DNA of 63,670 nucleotides, the filler included, from Stramenopiles sp. TOSAG23-2 (Eukaryota), in NCBI GenBank assembly GCA_900128395.1. It is 50 parts of 50 records of this genome, joined end to end, with 100 filler letters (N's around TTAATTAATTAA, not from the genome) between each part and the next. Parts side by side here need not be neighbours in the genome. Positions count along the whole stretch, not along the records: positions 1 to 1,189 come from LT653524.1; positions 1,290 to 2,477 come from LT653525.1; positions 2,578 to 3,765 come from LT653526.1; positions 3,866 to 5,052 come from LT653527.1; positions 5,153 to 6,338 come from LT653528.1; positions 6,439 to 7,624 come from LT653529.1; positions 7,725 to 8,909 come from LT653530.1; positions 9,010 to 10,194 come from LT653531.1; 42 more parts are not named here. One strand, 5' to 3'. Below, piece by piece: positions 1 through 10,915 of this stretch. Below the pieces are notes generated by a model, which had not been told where the DNA came from, searched no databases, and saw nothing but the letters and a program-made list of their open reading frames with translations. Both the position numbers and the translations under genes were made by a program. The first letter of the stretch is position 1; each line of letters begins with the position of its first letter.

Positions 1-9
1 ACACATTTC

Positions 10-663
10 TCACGTTGGTATACCTAAAAAATCATATAACAATGGACTTTTAATATCCATTTTTAATAATTGTTCAATATATATACGTAATTTAGTTTGG
101 CGTTTACGAGCCACTTCTGAATTATTACTTCGCATTCTTTTCTTTGGTAATTCTGGCAACCTTGATGGATAGATTTGCAGCAATTGATCATGCAATTCAA
201 CAAATTGACGAAAACGACGACTGACTTCCCAACCTGGATTAGGTATATCAGCAAATTTTAATAATAATACATATTTCACATGTGCACCTGATAAAACATA
301 ATCTATTTTTTCTAATTTTACATTTGTTGTACCTAATAATCCCATGCCAGGTGATGGTGGGGAACCTGCTTGTGCTAATAATAAATCCCTATTTGAAAAT
401 TGATCATTCGATGATGGTATATTGGTGCCATACCCTGAATTATTATTATGGTTGTTATTTACAAGACTACGTTTCTGTTCCCTGTATTCACGTGCACGTG
501 TACGTGCATGTTTATTATTAAAAGTTGCTGTATGCCACTCTTGTTCTTCTGGTGGATTTTGTCCAGAATTATTAAATTTCCTAACTAAATCATGGTACGC
601 AGATGCAGTATCTAATTTTTCTTGCGATGCATCTTTCACGCAACATGTGAAACAAGTGCCCAT
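10..663 (-). CDS. PX (phox homology) domain protein with N-terminal acylation motif
   Basis: Complete 217-aa ORF. C-terminal PX signature WEVSRRFRQFVELHDQL...LPELPKK...RQTKLRIYIEQLL...LLYDFL. N-terminus MGTCFTCC. Confidence 0.85.
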   Translation of the reverse strand: MGTCFTCCVKDASQEKLDTASAYHDLVRKFNNSGQNPPEEQEWHTATFNNKHARTRAREYREQKRSLVNNNHNNNSGYGTNIPSSNDQFSNRDLLLAQAGSPPSPGMGLLGTTNVKLEKIDYVLSGAHVKYVLLLKFADIPNPGWEVSRRFRQFVELHDQLLQIYPSRLPELPKKRMRSNNSEVARKRQTKLRIYIEQLLKMDIKSPLLYDFLGIPT

Positions 664-904
664 GGTTGTATATTTATGTTTATATATATCAGTATGGGTG
701 TTCTTGTTTGTTTACTTTGTTTATATTGCCTATATTTATCTATATATTCGATGATCTTTACTTTCAGATGCATCTTTCACGCAACATGTGAAACAAGTGC
801 CCATGGTTGTATATTTATGTTTATATATATCAGTATGGGTGTTCTTGTTTGTTTACTTTGTTTATATTGCCTATATTTATCTATATATTCGATGATCTTT
901 ACTT
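626..904. repeat. Tandem duplication of about 138 bp (period 141) covering the PX gene start and 5' region
   Basis: gatgcatctttcacgcaac...gatctttactt occurs at 626-763 and again at 767-904. Confidence 0.9.
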
Positions 905-1189
905 CTTTACGATATTATTACATATATATATATACTAGTATATTCGATGATTCGACGATTTGTGGTGATGTGAGGTAATATTGAGATGATATTTTTGGGC
1001 TGAAATGAAGGATAACGCCTGCCGGGCCTGCTATTTGGATGCTATATTGTACTTATTTCGAGGGTAAAATTAAAAAATAATTTGAATCACAAATTGTATT
1101 TTGTAAAAAATAAATATGTTGTCATGTTCATGTTAAAAAAATACTGAAAAATTATCACAAATACCCTCCTCATACCTCTCTCTCTCTCA

Positions 1190-1289
1190 NNNNNNNNNNN
1201 NNNNNNNNNNNNNNNNNNNNNNNNNNNNNNNNNTTAATTAATTAANNNNNNNNNNNNNNNNNNNNNNNNNNNNNNNNNNNNNNNNNNNN
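1190..1289. other. Artificial contig linker N44-TTAATTAATTAA-N44 (first of 49; last at 62409-62508)
   Basis: The same 100-bp spacer recurs about every 1.27 kb. The core has stops in six frames. Contig lengths decrease monotonically. Confidence 0.98.
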
Positions 1290-1290
1290 T

Positions 1291-2477
1291 AAAGATATAG
1301 TTGAATTACTTTTAAATATGAAAAATATTGATGTTAATAAAGCAACAAATACTGGAATAACACCCTTATTTGGTGCATCAGCTGCAGGTCATATAGAAAT
1401 CGTTGAATTGCTTTTAAATGCAAAGAACATCAACGCGAATATAGCAGCAAATGATGGAACAACTCCACTATATAGTGCTTCTGACAAAGGAAATAATCAT
1501 AAAGATGTTCATAAATTATTGTTGTCACATTTACAGCATATATCCGAGCAAAACTATTTAGAATTACTCAAAGAAGAAGAAGATGACAAAACACAAAAAT
1601 CAAAGAAGAAAAAAAAGAAGAAAAAGAAGAAGAAAAATAAAAAAACATCTGATTCTGATATGGTACAAATTATTCAAAAACAATTATCTAGTACTGCAAT
1701 CATAGACAATAGTAATAATAACAACAACAACATCAATAACAACAAAAAAACAGAACCAATAATACTTCAAAATAATGATTCAAACCCATCACAAAAACAA
1801 AATAACATTCATACAAGCGATAAACTAGAACAACAAATACCTCCAGCACCAAATACAAAACCACAAATTTACACTAGTCCAGAAAAACTTGCATCATGGT
1901 CTGTCGAAGAAGTTATTAAATGGATTGAAAGCTTACCATTATCAGAAGAACAAAATGTTGCATGGAAACCATTAATTATTAAATATTTTACAGAAGAAGA
2001 AATTGATGGTGAAGAATTTGATCTTGTAACATTAAAAATATTAAAAAAAAAGTTCAAAAGAGCAGGTTTAGATGATCCAGAGCTGGCAGCAAAAATAATT
2101 CTTGAATTTCGTGATGCTTCAAAAGAGAGTAAAAATGATGACCCAATTTCTTTTAATGAAAAAACTGATAGACTTGGCCATGGTCGATTTGGTTATGTAT
2201 TTAAAGCATTACAACATAGTACAGGAAAATTCATCGCAACAAAACGAGTTGAAAGACTACGATTTGATGCTGAAGGTGGAAAAAAAGAAATTGATGTTTT
2301 ATTACATGTACGAAATACTGAAGATGTATGTTTGACCTATTCCCTTCTACTACCTACATATAAACCATATATTATTTTCTCTAACTAACATAAATTATTT
2401 TAAATATATTTATGTATATACATATATAGGGTGGTCATCGGAATGTAATTCAATATTTTGATAAATATGAAAAAAAT
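1291..2477 (+). CDS. Ankyrin repeat - SAM-like - protein kinase (partial at both ends; intron 2326-2429)
   Basis: ANK repeats GITPLFGASAAGHIEIVELLL and GTTPLYSAS. SAM-like WSVEEVIKWI...EEEIDGEEF. Kinase Gly-loop LGHGRFGYVF and IATKR. Phase-0 GTATGT...TAG intron with CTAAC branch; the next exon reads GGHRNVIQYF. Confidence 0.8.
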
Positions 2478-2581
2478 NNNNNNNNNNNNNNNNNNNNNNN
2501 NNNNNNNNNNNNNNNNNNNNNTTAATTAATTAANNNNNNNNNNNNNNNNNNNNNNNNNNNNNNNNNNNNNNNNNNNNTCAG

Positions 2582-3761
2582 ATACCACATGCACTACTTT
2601 TTTTTTCTTTTTTTTTCGTTTATTCATAAACTCGTTCATGTCATTTTCCAGCAATTCATCGTCTGAACTGGAATTGTGTGATAAATCGATGATATTACTA
2701 CTTATATTTTCCATGTTGTTTTTTAACATATATATGTATTTGCGTATAAACACAAACGATTGTAAAATATTATACGTACCACGGACGAGGGAGGGAGAGA
2801 GTAGGAAAAGAAGAAGGGTCCGTTTGATATGTGCTATGTTGTTCGATACACTGTATAGATCTACTCTCACTGAAATGGTAAAGTGTTGTGTGGCTTTGTC
2901 GTTTAATAATTGTGATCGAACAACATTTTATTTATTTGAAAATTAATATATATGTGTACTAATTAGTATATAAAATAATACATAGGAGACTCCATATCAG
3001 GTTAAGGTTTTTATCCAAATCGTACGGATCCTCCCCCGAAAGAGTCTGTGACGACGCAGACTAGATCTTACTTCTTTCCTTCCCGAAAGAGTCTGACGAC
3101 GCAGACTAGATCTCACTTAGTCTGCGTCATCAGACTCTAGATCTTACTAGAAAGAGTCTGACCAAAAAGAATTCTTTTTGGTCAGACTCTTTCTAGTAAG
3201 ATCTAGAGTCTGATGACGCAGACTAAGTGAGATCTAGTCTGCGTCGTCAGACTCTTTCGGGAAGGTAAGAAGCAAGATCTAGTCTGCGTCGTCACAGACT
3301 CTTTCGGGGGAGGATCCGTACGATTTGGATAAAAACCTTAACCTGATATGGAGTCTCCTATGTATTATTTTATATACTAATTAGTACACATATATATTAA
3401 TTTTCAAATAAATAAAATGTTGTTCGATCACAATTATTAAACGACAAAGCCACACAACACTTTACCATTTCAGTGAGAGTAGATCTATACAGTGTATCGA
3501 ACAACATAGCACATATCAAACGGACCCTTCTTCTTTTCCTACTCTCTCCCTCCCTCGTCCGTGGTACGTATAATATTTTACAATCGTTTGTGTTTATACG
3601 CAAATACATATATATGTTAAAAAACAACATGGAAAATATAAGTAGTAATATCATCGATTTATCACACAATTCCAGTTCAGACGATGAATTGCTGGAAAAT
3701 GACATGAACGAGTTTATGAATAAACGAAAAAAAAAGAAAAAAAAAGTAGTGCATGTGGTAT
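2582..3761. repeat. 1180-bp spacerless palindrome (590-bp arms) with a nested-hairpin core
   Basis: Centre is GAATTC at 3169-3174. The arms are reverse complements and give identical mirror ORFs. Two mismatches seen, at 3070/3273 and 3077/3266. Confidence 0.95.
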
Positions 3762-3865
3762 GAAANNNNNNNNNNNNNNNNNNNNNNNNNNNNNNNNNNN
3801 NNNNNNNNNTTAATTAATTAANNNNNNNNNNNNNNNNNNNNNNNNNNNNNNNNNNNNNNNNNNNN

Positions 3866-5052
3866 GAGATACGCTATGGAAATCAAAAAAGTAATAATAA
3901 TAATGATGAATCAGAAGATTTTAAGAAAATAATAAAGCAAACTTCACATGTTTTATTCGATGAACATGGTAATAGTTATATTCGTGATACATTTATGACA
4001 ACAAAAGATGCAATGGAAGAAATTACTAAATATGACACTACAGCTATTAAAGTATCCTATTTAGAATTAGCATCTTCAAACGATAAACAAAATGTTGGTA
4101 AAGCAACACGTTTTATATCACATGCATGGAAATATAAATTTGAAGATATTGTACAATCATTAAGTGAACGTGTTAATCCACAGAATGATTACATATGGTT
4201 TGATATATGTACAGTAAATCAACATGTATGGAAAGATGTTGATTTTCAAACAACATTTAAAGATGCAGTTGGTGATATAGGTCATACAATGTTAATATTA
4301 GCACCATGGAAAAATCCAATACCATTAACACGTTCATGGTGTTTATGGGAAATTAATTCAACAATTGAAACAAATTCAAAATTAGAAGTTGTATTACCAA
4401 AAAGTCAAGAAGATGATTTTATCGATACGTTGTTGAATAATTATGATGAAATTATGAATAATTTATGTAATATTGATACACGTAATTCAAAAGCAGGAAA
4501 AGATGATGATGAAAAAAAGATTAAAATAGCGGTTGAAAATACAAATGGTGGTTTTCAAGCTATAAATCAAAATTGTCAAATGGGTATACAAAGTGGTTTA
4601 GTGGATATTGGTAAACGTTATTTGAAGGAGATGGAGAGGAAGGAGGAAGAAGAGGAAGACGAGGGTGATGAAGAGGATGAAGGTGTTGGTGGTATTAATG
4701 TGGAGAAGAAGTTGAGATTGATGAATAAGCTTGGTGTGATGTTAATGGAGCAAGGTAAATTAGATGAAGCTGAATTATTATTACAACGTGCATTAGACGG
4801 TAGAGAAGAAATGTTAGGATCAAAACATTCAGATACATTAACAACAGTCAATAATCTTGCTGGATTGTTCTACCAACAAAATAAATTAGATGAAGCTGAA
4901 TTATTATATAAACGTGTATTAAAAGGTCAAGAAGAAATGTTAGGACCAAAACATTCAGATACATTAGGAACAGTCAATAATCTTGCTTTATTGTTCTACA
5001 AACAAAATAAATTAGATGAAGCTGAATTATTATATAAACGTGCATTAGAAGG
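3866..5052 (+). CDS. TIR/HET-like domain plus 42-aa TPR repeats (kinesin-light-chain type), partial
   Basis: FISHAW...YIWFDICTVNQH...PLTRSWCLWEI, then repeats KLDEAELLYKRAL..EEMLG.KHSDTL.TVNNLA with a 126-nt period. Confidence 0.75.
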
Positions 5053-5387
5053 NNNNNNNNNNNNNNNNNNNNNNNNNNNNNNNNNNNNNNNNNNNNTTAA
5101 TTAATTAANNNNNNNNNNNNNNNNNNNNNNNNNNNNNNNNNNNNNNNNNNNNCAGAGCTGAGAAGTTGATGAAATTTACTCGGCGGAAACTGCTACAAAA
5201 CATTAGGAAAAAACAAAAAATAAACCAGCAACGTTTTACATTCATATTATTTGATAGGATAATTTCAGATTTTATATTTTGAGATCTTTTTTGTGTTTTG
5301 ATTATTAATAAGATAATTTCAGATTTATACTCTTGTAAAAATACAGAAAAATTAGTACACTCTTTAAAAATATTATCATAATAACAT

Positions 5388-6338
5388 TTACAGAATCTGC
5401 GTATATGAATTATCCTCTTCCTCCTCTTCTTCATTGCCACCTTCTATCGAGCTCGTGTTTCTATTCTCAAAGTCAATTTCAATTTCAGCTGCTTGGTAGT
5501 AAATAAATTTACGCCATAATCCAAATGGGATTATACAAATAAACGGCAACAGTATCCATGATAAAAAACCTCCATTGTGAAAACCACAAAAAAATAGAAT
5601 AGCTGGTGAAAGTATATAGCAATATCCCATGTACATGAATGGAATAGACTTATTCACCGCAGCTGCTTTTCCAAATTGTTTTGCTATACCTAACGGAACA
5701 TTTCGTATTTTCTCTATAGGAAAAAATGTGAGAAATGTAAATAAATTGAAAAACAAATGAACCAAAGCAATTTGAAAACCTAAACGAATATCATCTGATG
5801 CTAATGCTGCAATCATTGCTGTCCCGCATGTACCAATGTTACTACCAATGCACATCGGCAAACTTTTATCCAATCTTAAAGAGCCAACGGCAACAAGTGG
5901 TACAAGTGTCGATGTAACAATAGACGAAGATTGTACGGCTAACGTTGCTATGATACCTATAATAACAGCAAGGTAAGCATTCATATCAAGGGCTTTCATG
6001 ATACTCTTTCGAGCTTTTCCAAATGTGATTTTTTTCAGCGCAGATACCATAACCAAGAGCGAGCATATTACAATGATCAAAGCAATCAGAAGGCCAAGAA
6101 AACCACCAACAGTATTACTACAGCCAGATAATATTCCACCCTTAATCAAACTCCCATTGGCTACATGTTTATCATAAAGCCTTTCCGCGATAGCAAGCTT
6201 TGTTGCATTGTTATTAATTTCATAATCAATTCCAAAATATGGTTTTCCTGTTTTGTCATCTACAAAAGGATGTTTAGAGTTCAGGGTAGGGCGACCTGCT
6301 TCTGTTAATGGAACGTAAACTTTTTTGTTGAGTTTTAA
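5388..6338 (-). CDS. Sodium-phosphate cotransporter, SLC34/NptA family (5' partial)
   Basis: VQSSSIVTSTLVPLVAVG and GSNIGTCGTAMIAALA, QIALVHLFFN motifs; several transmembrane segments. Confidence 0.9.
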   Translation of the reverse strand, partial: LKLNKKVYVPLTEAGRPTLNSKHPFVDDKTGKPYFGIDYEINNNATKLAIAERLYDKHVANGSLIKGGILSGCSNTVGGFLGLLIALIIVICSLLVMVSALKKITFGKARKSIMKALDMNAYLAVIIGIIATLAVQSSSIVTSTLVPLVAVGSLRLDKSLPMCIGSNIGTCGTAMIAALASDDIRLGFQIALVHLFFNLFTFLTFFPIEKIRNVPLGIAKQFGKAAAVNKSIPFMYMGYCYILSPAILFFCGFHNGGFLSWILLPFICIIPFGLWRKFIYYQAAEIEIDFENRNTSSIEGGNEEEEEEDNSYTQIL

Positions 6339-6438
6339 NNNNNNNNNNNNNNNNNNNNNNNNNNNNNNNNNNNNNNNNNNNNTTAATTAATTAANNNNNN
6401 NNNNNNNNNNNNNNNNNNNNNNNNNNNNNNNNNNNNNN

Positions 6439-7077
6439 AAAAAAAGAACTACTACCCAAGATACCGCTTAACATGGTTTGAAACATCGCAAACCCATCAG
6501 CCCAAGATGTAATTTCACTACTATGAAACGATAGAGTTGATAACATATTCAATGTATTATCTAGATCTGGGACATCTTTTTGCATCCAAATAGGACAAAC
6601 GTTTAGTTTCAAACGATGGTACCCATGGACGATGGTAGCAATAATTTGGTTAGAACCACCAGTGCCTGTTACGTATATTTTTTTCGTTGCATCTTTTGCT
6701 TCGCATACTGCCAGTTGGTGTTGCAAGGTACGAACCTTATTACCACCATAATAAGGGCTTGATAAATCTTCTCGTTTCACATAAAATCTAGCTGTCCCAT
6801 GATCCTTTGAAATATAGTTATATGTACCTCGATGGATCGGTGTTGGATAATTACCTAGTTGCCGCCATGCTATCTTTCGTTTCAATTCAGGTAAATATCG
6901 AAATAATGCATGATTGTCTTGGTTTTCTTCTTCCAATTGTTTTTTCGTAGGTTTTGCAATACCAACACTATGGTGCATTGAATCCATAACATACTTTGCC
7001 AATAAAACACCAGCACCAGATGCGACCGTGACAACTGCAACCGTTTTGGCTACGAAACGAATGGTACGTCTAAACAT
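6439..7077 (-). CDS. PLP-dependent ACC deaminase / D-cysteine desulfhydrase family (3' partial)
   Basis: LGNYPTPIH...YVKREDLSSPYYGGNKVRTL (PLP lysine), TGTGGSN. Confidence 0.8.
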
Positions 7078-7725
7078 GGTTGTAGCCGTTGTTGTATCAN
7101 NNNNNNNNNNNNNNNNNNNNNNNNNNNNNNNNNNNNNNNNNNNNNNNNNNNNNNNNNNNNNNNNNNNNNNNNNNNNNNNNNNNNNNNNNNNNNNNNNNNN
7201 NNNNNNNNNNNNNNNNNNNNNNNNNNNNNNNNNNNNNGGTGTAAAGTGTTTGATGTATCCATTGGTGTGTAGTACTACAGTATCATCCGTAATAGAAAGG
7301 TATTGGACAGAGTATAAAATACATTTTCTTGTCGATCCATCATAATTATTGATTAAGGATATAATATTATTTTCATAATTTAAATAATATTAATCTAATT
7401 AAGGGTTATCGGTAGAAAGTGGACAATACCACCGGTTGTAGATATATTTTGTACATGTTCTCTCTGATGTTTACACACACTGTACAGTATCTATACGCAA
7501 GATACAAACTCCTTTTTTGTTGTTGTTGTTTCTTAAAATCCATTGACCAATTCATCCACAAATCGATCAATTACAGTTGGTGTAATATTTGGCATTACAA
7601 CCACGTGTGCAATATCACCTTCGCNNNNNNNNNNNNNNNNNNNNNNNNNNNNNNNNNNNNNNNNNNNNTTAATTAATTAANNNNNNNNNNNNNNNNNNNN
7701 NNNNNNNNNNNNNNNNNNNNNNNNA

Positions 7726-8433
7726 TATGGTTCACATTCATTAGTACCATCATATCGCTATTTAATCGACTATGAAGGGGCATTACCGGAAGGATTAGGT
7801 TGTGTTTACATGTGCTCAGGTCTTACCGCTTTTAGTGCTTTGAAAAAAGTACAACGACATCCTGGTATCGTTAATGCTAAAGATGTATTAGTATTAGGAT
7901 TGGGTGGTTTGGGTTTCCAAGGATTGGGCTTTGCATTGCCAATGTTAGGAGGACCATGTTTAGCTGCTGATATTGATGAATCGAAATTAAAAGAAGCACA
8001 AAAATATGGTGTCACCACATTCAATTCTTTAGATAAAGATGTTGTCAAACAAATCAAAGCTGCTAGTTTTGATGGTACAGGTATTGGCGCAGTTGTCGAT
8101 TTCGTCGGTAATGCTGCAACATATGCATTGGGTAATGCCGTATTGCGTAAAGGTGGAAAACAAGTGATTGTTGGATTGTTTGGTGGTGACATGGCAACGC
8201 CATTAGGAGTTTTACAATTTCCATTGCAAGCAAGATCTCTTGAAGGTTCCTTTGTTGGTTCATATGAGGAAGCAAAAGAAATGATGGATGTACTACGACA
8301 AGGAAAAACTACTGTCGTTCCTCATCATTTCCAATCCATTCATACTGTCAATCAAAGTTTACTCGATTTAAAAGCTGGTAAAATTATTGGAAGAAGGATT
8401 TTCAAACATGATTGGCCAGGTAGTAAAGCATAG
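7726..8433 (+). CDS. Zinc-dependent medium-chain alcohol dehydrogenase (5' partial)
   Basis: CSGLTAFSAL, Rossmann motif VLGLGGLG, AVVDFVG, GSFVGS, GKIIGR. Confidence 0.9.
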   Translation, partial: YGSHSLVPSYRYLIDYEGALPEGLGCVYMCSGLTAFSALKKVQRHPGIVNAKDVLVLGLGGLGFQGLGFALPMLGGPCLAADIDESKLKEAQKYGVTTFNSLDKDVVKQIKAASFDGTGIGAVVDFVGNAATYALGNAVLRKGGKQVIVGLFGGDMATPLGVLQFPLQARSLEGSFVGSYEEAKEMMDVLRQGKTTVVPHHFQSIHTVNQSLLDLKAGKIIGRRIFKHDWPGSKA

Positions 8434-10296
8434 TGTTGTATTAAATATATATATGATGCATATATATTATTAATATATATACGCTTTTTTTACCTGTGTG
8501 TACTATCAGAAAAGCGATCACGAGTAATAAAAATATTAAAACACACACACACAAGACGTAAAAATAAAAAGAATATAACGAAAAAGAACATCTTGCGTTG
8601 AATACGCTACTCTTGTACGAATATTTTTTACAAGTTATACAGTCTATAATATATTCTAATATAATATTTTATATTGCGCTTCGCCAAAACATTTTTTTAC
8701 GCGTAATATTTACTCGAATCCCTCTCTCCCTCCTTTTTCTTTTTCTTTTTTTACAATTTTTTATTTTTATCATATTAAAAATATTAGAGGTGTATTCTTG
8801 ACAATTTGACGCTATGTGCTCTATTACTAGCATTTTTATATTCATACGTGACAGTTATAGGTTATTTTATACATATTTGCAATTACTTCTTCTTCTTCTT
8901 TTTCTTGCCNNNNNNNNNNNNNNNNNNNNNNNNNNNNNNNNNNNNNNNNNNNNTTAATTAATTAANNNNNNNNNNNNNNNNNNNNNNNNNNNNNNNNNNN
9001 NNNNNNNNNCTCTAACCCTAAACTAACCCGATCTTGAAAATCACATATCGATGTCAAGCTCGACTCATATGTGATGTATGGAAAGGATAACGGTCGGGGA
9101 TTGTTTAGGTGATCAGTATACGACTTTTAGGTATTGGTTTCAGCTTTGTATATAATGGGAAAGTGTGTAAATGGCATTCGTGTGAGTGTATGTTGGTATT
9201 GAAAAGTAGAGTGAGAGGTCCAGTCATGTACGGGTATGACCCCGCAATGCTGAGTAGTGCTAGCATCTCTAACCCTAACGTAAATGATCAAAATGCACGA
9301 TATCTTTAGTAAACATGGTTCTACTTCTAAACTCCCCAGACCACGACCTACAGACATTGTATACGCAATAGGTAACAGATATACAACGTTTCAAAGTTTA
9401 ATTTTAATAACTTCAATGAAAGTTTTCAATCTTTTACGATTTTCACCATTTCGTGGAAAAGTGCTCTAATACTAACTCCATGCTAACGTACGATTCATTT
9501 TTTTTTTTCAGGACTTTTCTTTAAAAACATAATTATACATGTAAACTCTCAGAGAAAAGTTAAATATATCACCTACGATATAGAGACTACGACATTTTAT
9601 CAAAATTTTTTATGTTTTGTTTTTAAAATGAAGATTTCTAGCTCCCGTTAAAATTATTGTGAATGAAAATCGATTTGGATTTCTAGGCCTTTTTCAGGCA
9701 TGTTAAAATACATTGCAAAATGGGCTATGATCGAAACAATATATCTCATGTCAATCAAAATATTAGTACAAAAGCAGGTTCGATTCTCATTTCTACACGT
9801 ATAGAGCCAATCTTAAGAGTAAGTTGATGACAACTGAGTGTCAGCAACATACTTTACTAACGACGTTTCAATTGCATGTCAAAGTACCCTTACTATGAAA
9901 TAGCCTTGTAAAACCTTAATAAAAGTGTCCAAAAATGTGTATTTTTTAGTGAAAATTCACTTTGGGTCTAGCGTTTCATGTAAATATAATATTTATTTTG
10001 GTTGGAGTTTAGAGATACAAGTTATATATATCAAGAAAGGATATGGTAGTTTATATGGGATGAAAATGTTGGAAATGATGTTTGGAGACATAATGCAAAT
10101 TTTATATATCTGATGAAATTTCTCAATTTTCGTACCCACTTTGGCGGAACTTTTAAAAATGAAAATAAAATTGGCAAAAATATTCGTGTTTGAGNNNNNN
10201 NNNNNNNNNNNNNNNNNNNNNNNNNNNNNNNNNNNNNNTTAATTAATTAANNNNNNNNNNNNNNNNNNNNNNNNNNNNNNNNNNNNNNNNNNNNAT

Positions 10297-10416
10297 CCAC
10301 AGTTGGGATATATAATAAATTTAGAGAAACAAGTTCGGGCACAGGCAAAGGTAATGCATGAAAACAATGATATGAATGCAGGTAGAAAAAATGGACAACG
10401 TCATGCGGCAGTATGA
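10297..10416 (+). CDS. 3' end of an unknown gene
   Basis: Open frame from the contig edge (PQLGYIINLEKQVRAQ...HAAV) ending in TGA, followed by AT-rich sequence. Confidence 0.4.
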   Translation, partial: PQLGYIINLEKQVRAQAKVMHENNDMNAGRKNGQRHAAV

Positions 10417-10565
10417 AGTGTAAAATAGAGAGTTTTTTAGAGAATAAAATGGTTGTAAATTTTGCAAAGTCGTTAAAATATTAATTATAATTTTGTATTT
10501 ATATGCACATATACGAGAGTATGGATGCATATATAATATATATTGCATAATCATATATATATAAT

Positions 10566-10815
10566 ATGATAGAAGCTACAAAAGCTGGAGATGAAAAAGA
10601 ATTAGAATATTTTTTCGTACGTGCACAAATTGAATGTTCAAAAAGTGATACTATGTTTGAAATTACTGATGTCTTAAATAGTCTAGGTGATGATGGTTTT
10701 GGATGCCTACATTGGTGTTGTAAAAATGACGATTTACCTATGTTATTGAGATTATTTGCTTTTCCCGGAATTGACTTGGATTTGCCTGATCATAGAGGTT
10801 TTACACCATTGCATA
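10566..10815 (+). CDS. Ankyrin repeat fragment, truncated after TPLH
   Basis: GFGCLHWCCKND...IDLDLPDHRGFTPLH; similarity stops abruptly. Confidence 0.65.
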
Positions 10816-10816
10816 C

Positions 10817-10915
10817 TAATAATTTTATCAAATCACGTTTCAATGGGCGAAAATTTCTACAACAATATACACAATTCCAATAGAAACGATTGGCACATGT
10901 ACCTGTATACGACAT
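10817..10915 (-). CDS. Putative first exon of an unknown gene (33 aa)
   Basis: MSYTGTCANRFYWNCVYCCRNFRPLKRDLIKLL followed by a GTATGC donor; promoter-like sequence upstream. Confidence 0.4.

Noticed and set aside
3035..3313. Core repeats as a CRISPR array
   Set aside because: Units occur in both orientations, spacers are short and not unique, the context is eukaryotic and no cas genes are present.
2638..3705. Two identical 102-aa ORFs as duplicated genes
   Set aside because: They are mirror products of the palindrome and antisense to the more plausible outward-facing start.
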